Assembly: GCA_012295275.1 (NCBI GenBank)
Contig: CM022679.1
Location: 124,001-188,000 of the forward strand
Source of the DNA: Chrysomallon squamiferum
Taxonomy: Eukaryota > Animalia > Mollusca
Direction of reading: 5' to 3'
Length of the DNA stretch: 64,000 nucleotides
Part shown: positions 52,401 through 64,000 of the stretch, piece by piece
Layout: each line of letters starts with the position of its first letter
How positions within the stretch are numbered: the first letter of the stretch is position 1
The notes under the pieces: model-generated
The model's database searches: none
The model's input: the letters and a program-made list of their open reading frames with translations, nothing else
What the model was told of the DNA's origin: nothing
Translations under genes and position numbers: made by a program

Positions 52401-54214
52401 CTACAAACCTACTATTCATATATCACATCCTACAAACCTACTATTCATATATCACATCCTACAAATCTACTATTCATATATCACATCATACTAACACCTT
52501 ATTCATATATCACATCCTACAAACCTACTATTCATATATCACATCCTACAAACCTACTATTCATATATCACATCCTACAAATCTACTATTCATATATCAC
52601 ATCCTACAAACCTACTATTCGTATATCACATCCTACAAATCTACTATTCGTATATCACATCCTACAAACACACTATTCATATATCACATCCTACAAACCT
52701 ACTATTCATATATCACATCCTACAAACACACTATTCATATATCACATCCTACAAATCAACTATTCATATATCACATCCTACAAACCTACTATTCATATAT
52801 CACATCCTACAAATCAACTATTCATATATCACATCCTACAAACCTACTATTCATATATCACATCCTACAAACACACTATTCATATATCACATCCTACAAA
52901 TCTACTATTCATATATCACATCCTACAAACACACTATTCATATATCACATCCTACAAATCTACTATTCATATATCACATCCTACAAACCTACTATTCATA
53001 TATCACATCCTACACACTATTCATATATCACATCCTACAAATCAACTATTCATATATCACATCCTACAAACCTACTATTCATATATCACATCCTACAAAT
53101 CAACTATTCATATATCACATCCTACAAACCTACTATTCATATATCACATCCTACAAATCAACTATTCATATATCACATCCTACAAACCTACTATTCATAT
53201 ATCACATCCTACACACTATTCATATATCACATCCTACAAATCTACTATTCATATATCACATCCTACAAATACACTATTCATATATCATATCCTACAAACC
53301 TACAATTAATATATCACATTCTACAAACCCAATATTCATATATCACATCCTACAAATCCACCATTCATGTATCACATTCTGTTAACACACTATTCATATC
53401 TAAAATACATTTTCCAAACCAATTAGATACTGTCACAATAAACACACACAACATTCTATAACAAACAAAATTGTCGAACACACACACACACACACACACA
53501 TACATACACACACACACAAAGTATATATGTATATTTTTTTGTTACAAATTACCCCATCTATAAACAGGAATTATTATTATTATTATTCACTGTGTAGAAT
53601 ATTCCTAACTTCATATTGTTTACATAACTGTGATTAATTCAGTATCAAACACTGAGTAATTTAGACAAACTGTTTGTTTGATATAAACTTTATTACAGGT
53701 AAGACAGCACCTACCAGAAAGTTTAACAACTTACTTGCTGCTCCGAACCCAACAAGAACTGAACCAAGATACAAAGCCCATTCCATGGGATATAGGAACG
53801 ACAGAATAAACAGGCTGTGAAATAAACATTTAAACATGTCACTCAGTATTTTTTTAATTAACACATTTTATTTTAAATCAATTATTATGAATATCATTCA
53901 TATTCAGCAAGTTGTTATATATTACTATACAATTTTATTTCTGAATATCAAAACACAATAGTTTTAAAACAGTATTTTAAATAATTCATTTGGACCACAT
54001 TTAATAGCTTTTCATAACATAAGTGAATTTTGTAAATATCTGTGGATACATTTTAGGATATTTTCAAAGCTGTATGAACTTACAAGTACATCAGTGCTCC
54101 AACAATCATGGACGACTTTGGGCCAGCAAAAGATACAAACGATGGAGCCAGCCAGTTGCAAACAGAGAACCCCACATAAATAATACCTAGACTAGAATAC
54201 ACAACAGAATTACC

Positions 54215-54267
<53 letters not shown>

Positions 54268-55205
54268 ATAAAAGTATGAAAATAAGAATGAGTATTTGTT
54301 CATAAATACCTCAATACATTTTAGAAGTAAAGTATGATTAAATGTTAGTGAAACAGAATGACAGTATCATATGGTTTTTGGATAAGCAAGTTAAAACTGA
54401 ACAGTCTGTTGCAGTATAATATCAGTTACCTTGATGGATTCTTTATACACTTCTTGGCACAGATCAAAAACACAAGGCACAAATTTCATAACTAACATCC
54501 TGACAGGTATATTGAAAAAGTTTCATTTATATTCTAACCACCTTTACACTACTGATGTAAATATCTCCTTTAAAGTGATATGACATGTTTTTTGTTTGAG
54601 AAACTTTAATTAGAAAATGTTATGTATGTATGCATGTGTATATATATACATATATACATATAGATATATATAATATATACACACATATATACACACACAC
54701 TTATATATAAAGGTATGTGTGTATGTATATATCTATATATATATATACACATACATACACACACATATATATACTTATATATAAAGGTATGTGTGTATGT
54801 ATATATCTATATATATCTATATATGTATCTTATCTATCTATATCTCTATATATCTATATATCTATATATAGATATATACATGTATAAATTACCTGGTATA
54901 GCCATCACCTTTAAATTTCAAATTTGTATCATTTCTTGCACTGTCAAGTACTGTTTTCTAAAATAATAAAAATAAATCATTTTTAAAAAAATTAAAATAT
55001 ATTTTTTCTCAGATTCTGTATCAGTCTATAGTCATGATTAGATTTATACTATCGATAGGAAAATACATTTCGACTGATAATCTGTTATAAGACGAAACAT
55101 TACCTCAACCATAGAACATGTTTGAAAAGCTGTAAATATTAGCATAAACGAAACACCTAAGACAATAATATTGCAAAGTCGAACGTCACAGCCACAACAC
55201 CCCAT
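48428..55205 (-). CDS. MFSD11: UNC93-like major facilitator superfamily protein MFSD11, 13 coding exons
   Basis: Exons 55104-55205, 54893-54957, 54084-54191, 53735-53814, 51951-52047, 51153-51335, 50638-50681, 50176-50241, 49839-49965, 49557-49727, 49156-49219, 48835-48906 and 48428-48590. Motifs include LGVSFMLIFTAFQT, ILWTAQG, RNSGIFWALLQCSLLFGN, GLELTFFSGVYGTCI, LGLGDSCFNTQ and AFALFKFVQS. Confidence 0.95.
51308..51656 (-). repeat. 50-bp tandem array (7 copies) repeating an MFSD11 3' splice site plus exon start
   Basis: GATGTTTTGTACATTTCAG|TTTACTGTT recurs at 51335, 51385 and so on to 51635 on the minus strand. Confidence 0.95.
52180..53400. repeat. About 31-bp intronic minisatellite (about 1.2 kb)
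   Basis: Repeated CTATTCATATATCACATCCTACAAA(C/T)CTA. Confidence 0.95.
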
Positions 55206-55348
55206 TTTGGACACTTTTATCACATGATTTACCGAACTTGTACGAATATCTCCGATGATGAAATTGAGGTCGAGGAAATCACGTGGTAAAGAAAACGCCA
55301 TATTGGAATACAAATTTGCATTAGTCAGGAACACGTAAAAACGCAAAC
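55206..55348. promoter_or_regulatory. Bidirectional promoter / 5' region shared by MFSD11 and SRSF2
   Basis: Only 143 bp separate the divergent ATGs. The interval contains an E-box CACGTG (55280-55285), CGCCAT (YY1-like) and ATTTGCAT, and is CpG-rich relative to the flanks. Confidence 0.75.
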
Positions 55349-56594
55349 ATGAGTTATGGACGAAGTCCACCCGAGGTTGATGGAATGTATTCATTAAAAG
55401 TAGATAATTTAACATACAGAACAACTATTGAAGACCTGAAAAGATCATTTGAAAAGTATGGTGACGTTGGAGATGTGTACATTCCCAGAGATCGTTTTAC
55501 CCGCGAAAGCAGAGGATTTGCCTTTGTGCGTTACTACGATAAGCGTGACGCCGAGGATGCCATCGACTGTATGGACGGTGCTGTCATGGATGGAAGAGAA
55601 ATAAGAGTGCAAATGGCTCGTTATGGACGACCAACTGAACCAGCAAGAAGAGGTCCACCACCTAGAAGATCAAGTTATTATGGTGGTTATCGAAGTCGCA
55701 GGTAAAGGGTTATTTTATTTTTTCTTATTTAAATAATTGATGTCTTCTTTAAGTTTACTAACATTTATAATTTTTGTTGTTATCTACACTCTTAATTTCA
55801 TTGGAACTTTTGCTTTGGTAATTGTTAGAAAAATTCCACAGCTCTGAGATGAAGACAAACAGCAGCTGGCACAGCTAAGTAAATTATATTAATAATACTT
55901 ACACTAGTAAGTAACAGTATATGATTATATCATATATGGATGTAACAGGCCCCTATTGGTAGTGAACATCTGAAAGTCATAAACATTTCCTGTCGATTCA
56001 GAAATTGTCAGTAGTAATGTTTATTCTCATTACATCAGAGGGCGCTAATTATCACTTGTTATGACAGAATTAGAATTGTCATATTTGTTTTATAATAATT
56101 AAAATTGTCATTGTTTTCAAGTCCAGCATATTTTTGTCGCAATCATTCCATTAATTCTGGAATATGGGATAATGGATGTCGTATAGTCATAGATTTTTGT
56201 TTTCGTCCTTTTCGTTTAACTATCAACCATATAGGTGAATTCGGTATTATTTCAATTAAAAGGAATGTCATGTTTTACTTTTGAATTGAAAACAATATTA
56301 TTTTCTTCTTTTATAAACTTAGCATTGTGCAGTAAAAATTGATATTAGAAATAACATTAAACAGTTATTATTGATGCTTGGAGATTAATACTAGTAATAA
56401 ATTCGGCATATAACACTAATTATATTTATAGGTCACGCTCGCGGTCATGGTCAAGAAGACGAAGATCTTACAGTCGGTCACGAAGTAGATCGGACAGTCG
56501 ATCGAGGAGGCGACGTTATTCAGACAGTCGGTCAAGATCTGCATCAGTGGATCGCCGTTCACGGAGCAGATCTCCATCCCCCAAACAAGACTGA
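55349..56594 (+). CDS. SRSF2: Serine/arginine-rich splicing factor 2 (SC35)
   Basis: Exon 55349-55701 encodes the [28 protein letters not shown]...[22 protein letters not shown]...[12 protein letters not shown], near-identical to SC35. Exon 56432-56594 encodes the RS domain and ends SPSPKQD*. Confidence 0.97.
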
Positions 56595-58124
56595 ATTGTT
56601 TGAATTGAACTAAGTTGTAGGCAATGGTTTTGCCTCTTACAAAATGCACCAAAAGACACTTGAGCAGTTTAAAAGGTTAATTTCTACTAGACTTATTAGG
56701 TTTCATAATGGTAACCAGTTAAACACCTGATAAAATATTCATAATACTGTTTCAAGACACTAAAATAGTTTTGATTGAAAAATATTGCCCATATATCCTT
56801 TCAGAAAATCAATTTAAAAAAAATGTTTTGGTAGTTATTAATTTACACAAAACTGATCTAACATTGAATGTTGCTTGTATTGTGATTTTAAAAATTATAC
56901 AACTAATAAAGTCAGAATGCACTTGGGGAAGTGCACCTGGGTCTGTATTGTTTCCTCTGTGTACAAACAAAAGTAGTCTCTAGAATTTCAGCTGTTTCCA
57001 AATTGAGATGTGTTTGTAGGTTTGTTCAGTTTTTTTTAGAAATTGTTTATGTATTTGAAACAGATGTTACAGAAATATTAACTTGTATTTTTTCTCTTGT
57101 TTCCATGTCGCTGTGTAGGGGCTGTAATGTATCTACTGTGCAGTATGCCGTTATGTTAGCTGTGCATTGGTTGCTGTTGGTACGATGTTGCAGTCCGTTA
57201 TCTTAGCTGTCGGTCGGATGTTGCAGTGTGTTGCGAGGTTGCTGCATCCGTCACAGAGTCCAGTTTGCAGTAGAGCTGTATGCTGGTAGCTGAGATGCAG
57301 ATTGATGTTGTAAACATAAAAGCAAATATTACAAACCACTAGGTTTCAAAATTGGTAGAAGCTAAGTGTAAAATCTGCTGTGACATCTCGTCATGTATAT
57401 ATGGTACAGTCCATTATTAACGAGCAATATACATCAGAAATGTTTAAAGGAACATTACAGTTCAAAATTGGTCAGCAATGAAGAGTCACATGAGATATGA
57501 CAGTCGTTTTCAGTTTACATTTGAAAAAATATATATTAATTGTAAAATATTTCTTATTTCCTTGAAAAGAGCATCTCATTATTGTCCCCACCACTTATTT
57601 TACATTTCAGCTAACATTCCAAGAGGTATTTTTGCAAGAAATAAATTTATTTAAAAAAACAACAACAAACAAAACAAACAGAAACAAATCAGATTATTAT
57701 CTGTAGTGTTCAGATAAAATGATACTTATGAGGAAGTATGCTGTAAATTCGGTCCTTTTTTTTAAACTTTCTTTTTCACACAGTGGGATGAGTCTTTTTA
57801 TTATTATTAAAATAGTTTAAAAATGATCTAATAATAGTAACTTTTTAATAAAAACTGAAAATAATAATGGTAATTAGCATTTATTTTGGTGTTAGTGTAA
57901 GAAAATGTTTTTGTTCAACAGTAACTGCTGGAAAGCTCTGACAAACAAGGAATACATGGTTGAAATGTTAACCTGTTATTCTTCATAAAGGAATTATTAT
58001 TTTTTCAGCTTTAGAAATAAAGTTGTCAAATACACAACATTTTCATTTTGTTTATTCATATCTCCATTATCTGTACAGTTAAAATGTTCTTTTTTCAGAG
58101 TGTTTTATTAAAATTTATAAACAA

Positions 58125-61100
58125 TTATTCCAGAAGATGTCGGTTGTAACCTGCAGTTTTCAGCTCTTCATCCAGTGAGTCATCAACAAAGCACGGCTGA
58201 TGTTGGCCGTCTGATGTTAGCAGAGCATGAACTCCACGAAATACCTTGACAAAGCCTCTGTAAAGTACATAACATTATTAACACCTAAAGCAATCGATCA
58301 TTACTCTCACATTTACTAACTGCTCAGGAAAGATACGTTTTTAAATATGAAATGCTTTGTTCTTTGAAAATGTCGTTATTTTGTACAATACTGAGCATCC
58401 CTGTCCTGTAACAGAATAACAATAAATATAATAAATGAAATGATTAATTGCTTCCAAACTAAGTATCAATAATGCAAGATATTAAATTTAAAAAGTCCTA
58501 CATGAAATTTTTCATATGTGTATCATTCACACAAGCCACTGAAATCAGTAGAGTAAAATAAGGTAAGGTTTTAACTGCAGAAGTATCTGCAAACACAGAC
58601 ATGTACATACTTTGAAGTGGGATCCAAGGCCTGAAGCTGAGGTAACAAGTGTTTTTTAAAACATGTCACCAAGTACCTTTGTAGTTCAACATACTGTGTT
58701 TTAAATACAGTGTGATAAAACTGACAAAGATCTCTCTGTGACTGGTATGTCAGTGTGGTGGGCAAGGCAGGTGGTTCAAAACCTACAACATGACAGATAA
58801 GTTAATGCACTGGTAAAGTGAGAATAAATAAAATCATGTAAAGATTAACAGATAGGAGAAAATTCAAGAGATCTGTTGGGATTTCACATTTAAGTTTGTA
58901 CACCTAATGATTCACTCCTAAAATACTTCAAAAATCGGTTACAAAATCTGAGAACATGTTTGCTAAAATGTGTCAGTTATCTGAAAATGAATAATTCACA
59001 TGGGAAATATTTAGATATGAGCATACTGACAAGAAACACTTACCTTGAGTTGATGATTGAGCTGGAAGCCAGAAAAGTGTTGATGTCGGTGGACTGCGAC
59101 AAATGACTGGTATTTCTTTCTGTTTGTGCTTTCCCACATCCACTAATTTAAAAAAAAAAAAAATATGGTTTGATAATAATAAAAAATAAGCTTTATATTT
59201 ATTAGTCATACCCATTTCTTATGTTTCAACATCAACTGTACTACATATTCCTATTTACTAATACACTTGAGCTGATTCATGGTTAGAGTCCTGGCCTGTG
59301 ATGTGGAAGACCCAATCAACAGTTCTCAGATGTAACAAGTGCTGGCATGAATAAGATGTTTTGCTGTTAATAGAAATGTGCAAAATATCTACTTTTTTTT
59401 TATCAAATAATCCCATTAGTGTGGATACTGAGATCAAATTATTCTTGAGTAAACATGCAGATAAAGCCATTTAATATGTTGATTCACAGTTTATGTTAGA
59501 ATGATAATGTTTATAATTTCGCAATGTTGGTTTATGTAATAAAGGCTTGTGTAGCTGGGAGAGTGATTTATTAAAACTTGCTTGTTTTACTTTCTATCAG
59601 CTCAGAACAATTCTCCTCCAGCTCATCAAAAGTGGTTAGAATGAAATCAGTCATCATCTTGGCATGGAGCACTTCTTCAGGAGAAGACAACTCTTAAAAT
59701 GAAAAAGAATTAATATTTTTTTTCGTTTTACTAAAGTGTTTGTGTTTTTTTTTAATCTCAAAGATTTACATCTGAGTAGTTCAGATGACACAGATTATTA
59801 ACTTTTGCTGATACGTTAAAGATCATTGTATGTAACAACAGTGGAACACTAAAAACATCTTTCTGCTAAATGAAAAACTAAACTAAGGAATTTGTGACAA
59901 ATCAAAGTTTATTACTAAAATGATTTTCACTTACCAGTTATTGAAGACAGATTGAGATCATTTAGAAGTTGTATCAACTTCTTCAGAGACTGATGACACA
60001 AAATTAGTTTTCTTCCTTTTAACAGATTTGATGCTTGAAACTGAAATATAATAATCAGTTATCATTTAGTAATAACAATGTATCTATAGGTATTGAACAT
60101 TCAGCTGTTGAAGTAAGCACCAAGTAAGTGAATGTCTCAAATGTGCTGTCACATACTATTTATGATACAAACAACACAGCTGCACTAATAACACTGTAAC
60201 CAAATAACCAGGTAACTACTCAAATACAACTGTTGAAATTGAAAATACTAATTGTTGACTTATAAACCATGTAAATATTAAAACTAAATATTAAAACTGA
60301 AAATGTTAATTGTTGAATCATAAACCATTAAACTGTTGAAACTGAAAATGCTACAACTGTTGAATTATAAACCATGTAACTACTATTAAAATGGAAAATA
60401 TTACGACTGTTGAATAATAAATATTTCAAACTGAAACTGTTACAGTTGTTAAACTAAAAAATACATATACCTCCTTCTGCACTTTATCTAAAAATTCTGC
60501 ACACGGATTGTTATTTCCAACTTTCTTGGTAATCTTTTGTTTCTCATACTTTTGTCTCAGCTGATGATTTGTGCTGACTAACTTTCTTAAACAGCCAGGA
60601 ATGGAAAGTTTTGACCTATTAAAAATATTAATTATTTAGAAACAAGACATTATCAATTATTATTTGTTTTTTTATTAAAAATAAATGAAATACTAAATAT
60701 TAAATATCTAATGTGAATTGGCTTTTTTTAAATTTTCAAATAAAGGTTTGGTGATTATAAGTATTAAATACATGGTGACTTTGTTTTGCAGTGACAAAGT
60801 AAATAATAAGTGTGTCTGGTTAAATAAAAAGATAAAAGGTTTAGTGCATAAAATATGAAATAGTCAAATCTTTATGAACAGTGGTTTCAGAACAGAAACA
60901 TATTTATAATTAATATTTTATCTCCCATTTAACTATTATTATTCCTAGATATAAAAAAAGAAAAAACTTTAGAATGAAAAAAAAAAGGAATAGTGTTGTT
61001 TTGTCAAAACCTGTAAAATCTACTTACCCATCTTTCAATAAAGAAAATGTTTCTGTGTGTCTCATTTCTGATATTTCACTTGTTTTATCAAGTTTTGAAA

Positions 61101-63585
61101 TCTGACATTGCAGTGCAGTAGACACATCAACTGATTCTGTTTCACTTTGGATCCCTCTGTCATTTACCTCCATTTTCAATGTTTCACACACACGGAGTTG
61201 TGCAGATGTTGTTTTTGTAGAATCAGACATCATCTTTACGGAGTCAGATGCTGTGGAATGAGATTTTGAATGTTTTGCCGCTGTTCCCGCAGAGTGTTTT
61301 GAACTCTTTGAGCGACTTGGTACTCTAATATTGGGATCTGTTTTGAATGGAGCATTGTGGTGAGCTTGGTAGTGAGTTTTCAGAGACCCACTGTGTGGGC
61401 GGAAAGTTCGAAACACATCAGTTGTCAGCTGTTTGCTATGAGCAGCACCATCCAAAGAACTAGTTTTATCAGAAATCTCTTTACTCTGACCCAAACACTG
61501 CTTGTTACTCCTGCCTGACTTTGTTTTTGGGTCTGTTTGAAGTTTGTTAAGTGTTGTATCACCTATTATTATCTGATTTCTTTCATCTTTCACATTTGAG
61601 TTGTTATCAGCTGTATTTTCAGACAGATTTATGTTTCTCATTTCACTGACTAATTCCTCAGTTGTTATATCTCGACTCTTTACTTGAGAAATCTACAACA
61701 GAGCAAGAAACTTTTGTTCTTATATGTTTTAATCAACTCTTCTGAAATATTCAACATCTGAAAAGGTTTAAAAATTATGTCACTACATCATCATAGATTT
61801 AAAAATATATATAGTTTGAAAAAAACCAATAAAAAACATATTTTTTAACTATTTAAGTTTTACTAGAATATTTCTAAACAATGTTGTACAGGTTAAAAAA
61901 TTCATTACATTATGTTATGATAGTTATTTCCCCAATTCAAACTACCAGTAAACTGAATAGAGCTGAGAAAACTAATTACTTTTTTAATTGTTCTGGTTTT
62001 TTCTGCCTTGCTCAACAATTTGTGAACCATTTCCAGTTCTTTTTTCACTTCAGCAGTCAATTCACTCTCTGTGAGAAAGAAAAAAAAAATAATAATAATA
62101 AAAAAAATAGTAGTAATAAAGAATTTAAAAAATGAAAATAAAAACAGCTGTAAAATAATCTAAATTAAAAAGCACATTACAGAAGTATTTTTTTTTGTTG
62201 AGATATCAACATAGAGAAATATTTTATGAGTACAAACAAATACCTAAAAATAGCTTCCCAAACGATTATGTTATTTATCACAACATAAATCTTTACTGAA
62301 AATAGTGTATGACTAAACAAAACCTGTCTTTTGTGAAAATGTTCCTGATGCTTTTATACAACAAGTATCCAACTTGCTTCAGATTACTCACAACAATTCA
62401 ATTTAAAAAAGATGAAAATTTGCCTTTCATGCATATTATTCAGGAAATATATATTGAGTTTCTTTGAATAATAAAATAAAAAGAACTGTCTGTTTATTAA
62501 GTAAAGAAAAAATAAGTTAAAATATAACCAGCTGATTCTACAGGTGATGTGGATTCTTTCGGTGTTGTTTCAACATTTTCTCTCTTATTAATTTTTGGCC
62601 TATAAGAGTTAAAAAAATATATACAAAACAAATTTATCAGAAAAATCATAACAAAGAAGTAACAATAAAAATAATTATCATCATAAAGTATATGTATATA
62701 CATTTCATACATTTTTTGAATGATTTGTTGTGTTAAAGTTTTCAACAGCAATATAACTGCATACTTTAACAGTGTCTGTAGTTTTTATTATTTTTTTTTT
62801 TATTTTGCTCTCAAGGCAAATAATATGTCAATATGGTTGATTTAATGAGATACAAGTCATTTTAAACAAACACACAAAAAACAATAGCAATACGATGAGT
62901 ATTAAATCTAGTTGTGAGATAACACATCTATAAAAATATATTAAATTCATGTGTTTTAGATGAAACTTGAAAGTATCAGTTTTGTTACATCTGAATTACT
63001 CGTTATACCATGGCTTGAACAAGATATGATGTTCTCTGCAGATATATTCCAGCTGTTTCCTTTTGACTTCTATTTCTGCATTCAATTTCAGCAGCTGTTC
63101 TTCTAAACTAAAATGAAACATTATGACATATTTTTAATTTGTACTGAACGTGTTCAAATATATGAACGTATAGAAAAAGATGTAGTATATAATACTGGTT
63201 TGAAAAATGAAAAGAATATTAGTAAAACACAGTGGACATGAAATAGAAATTAAATATAGTAATATTGCAATAATTTCAAAATAAATATTATCTCCAGTGA
63301 TCACTCCTATGTTAAAAAATATTCATTATCAAAGATAGCTCTCTTTGAATCAAAGTTTGATGCTATACAAAATTACAAATTTAAAATTAAATTAGCACAT
63401 TTTATTTCTAAGTATTATTTATTTACTGTGGAAAATTATTATACTTCATTTACCATGTGATTTCCATAACAAACTGATATTTCTTTAAACAGCATATAAG
63501 CTTAGTTTCTTGTTTCTTTTAATACAGTTGTCCTTAGCACTTTGAAATCGGCAGAAACATGCAGAATGTTTCTCGGTGACAACAT
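58125..63585 (-). CDS. TEDC2: Tubulin epsilon and delta complex protein 2-like (C16orf59 family), multi-exon; first exon and start uncertain
   Basis: Spliced exons give blocks colinear with human TEDC2 as I recall it. These are KRKQLEYICREHHILFKPW (63000-63107), KKELEMVHKLLSKAEKTR (61980-62068), ETFSLLKDGSKLSIPGCLRKLVSTNHQL (61028/60616 junction), LPTTLTYQSQRDL...KHLLPQL (58611-58783) and FVKVFRGVHALLTSDG...LE* (58125-58257). Candidate ATGs are at 63585 and 63560. Confidence 0.75.
60225..60460. repeat. Degenerate intronic tandem repeat
   Basis: Recurring CTGTTGAAACTGAAAAT and TATAAACCATGTAA motifs. Confidence 0.6.
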
Positions 63586-63673
63586 CCGATAAAAATCGGA
63601 CAGTTTCGTACAGGATCGGAACTAATCTATTCCACCTTCGGCTAACATACGGGTTACTTAGAGTACTTGCAAA

Positions 63674-63796
63674 ATGGCGACCCAGGCGGAGAAAAAGATT
63701 ACAGAACTTCGAGTAGTAGATCTACGACAGGAGTTAGAAAAACGCGATTTAGATAAATCTGGAGTAAAGGCAGTTCTTCTTGAAAGGCTTCAAAAG
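63674..63796 (+). CDS. SLTM: First coding exon (SAP domain) of a SAFB/SLTM-family gene; continues beyond the window
   Basis: [41 protein letters not shown] is followed by donor AAG|GTACTG. It is an N-terminal SAP motif like that of SLTM/SAFB, with an AAAATGGCG start context. SAFB versus SLTM cannot be resolved from one exon. Confidence 0.8.
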
Positions 63797-64000
63797 GTAC
63801 TGTTTATATCTTGATTAGTGGAGGAACTGATGACAGGCATAAATTTAAAAAAATAAATAAAAAATAAATAAAATAAAAAAATAAAAAATATACAAAATTA
63901 AAATATTAGATATATCTGCCTTAGACTTAGATGAAAATCAAAAATAAACAATTGTCAACTATCAGTCTAGAATAATTAATTTAAAACATCTATTACTTAC

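Noticed and set aside
52033-52494. 153-aa ORF, and similar ORFs at 30382-31087, 31932-32201 and 37082-37273
   Set aside because: Translations of intronic minisatellites.
55206-55424. N-terminal extension of MFSD11 overlapping the SRSF2 CDS (ORF 55044-55424)
   Set aside because: Family similarity begins at MGCCGCDVRL (ATG 55205). The upstream open frame crosses the promoter and has no support.

Overview
AT-rich, intron-rich metazoan genomic DNA, probably an invertebrate (a mollusc-like lophotrochozoan is my inference). It contains seven genes that I could reconstruct by hand. In order they are LIG1 (-, 2908-25613, about 25 exons), a collagen plus C1q-domain gene nested antisense in a LIG1 intron (+, CDS 15326-16309), TMEM184B-like (+, 27841-39243), MFSD11 (-, 48428-55205), SRSF2 (+, 55349-56594), a TEDC2-like gene (-, 58125 to about 63585) and the SAP-domain first exon of a SAFB/SLTM gene (+, from 63674). 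They form three head-to-head pairs. The most striking unexplained pattern is a set of tandem repeats that straddle exon-intron junctions and so multiply a real splice site into arrays of 2 to about 18 copies. There are at least six of these in four genes, and usually only the copy next to the exon keeps the reading frame. Other points of note are the MFSD11/SRSF2 arrangement shared with human, a GC-AG intron, candidate SRSF2 autoregulatory (NMD) elements and a coding VNTR in LIG1. Gene names come from my recall of the protein families, not from database searches. Exon coordinates were counted by hand and may be off by a few bases.
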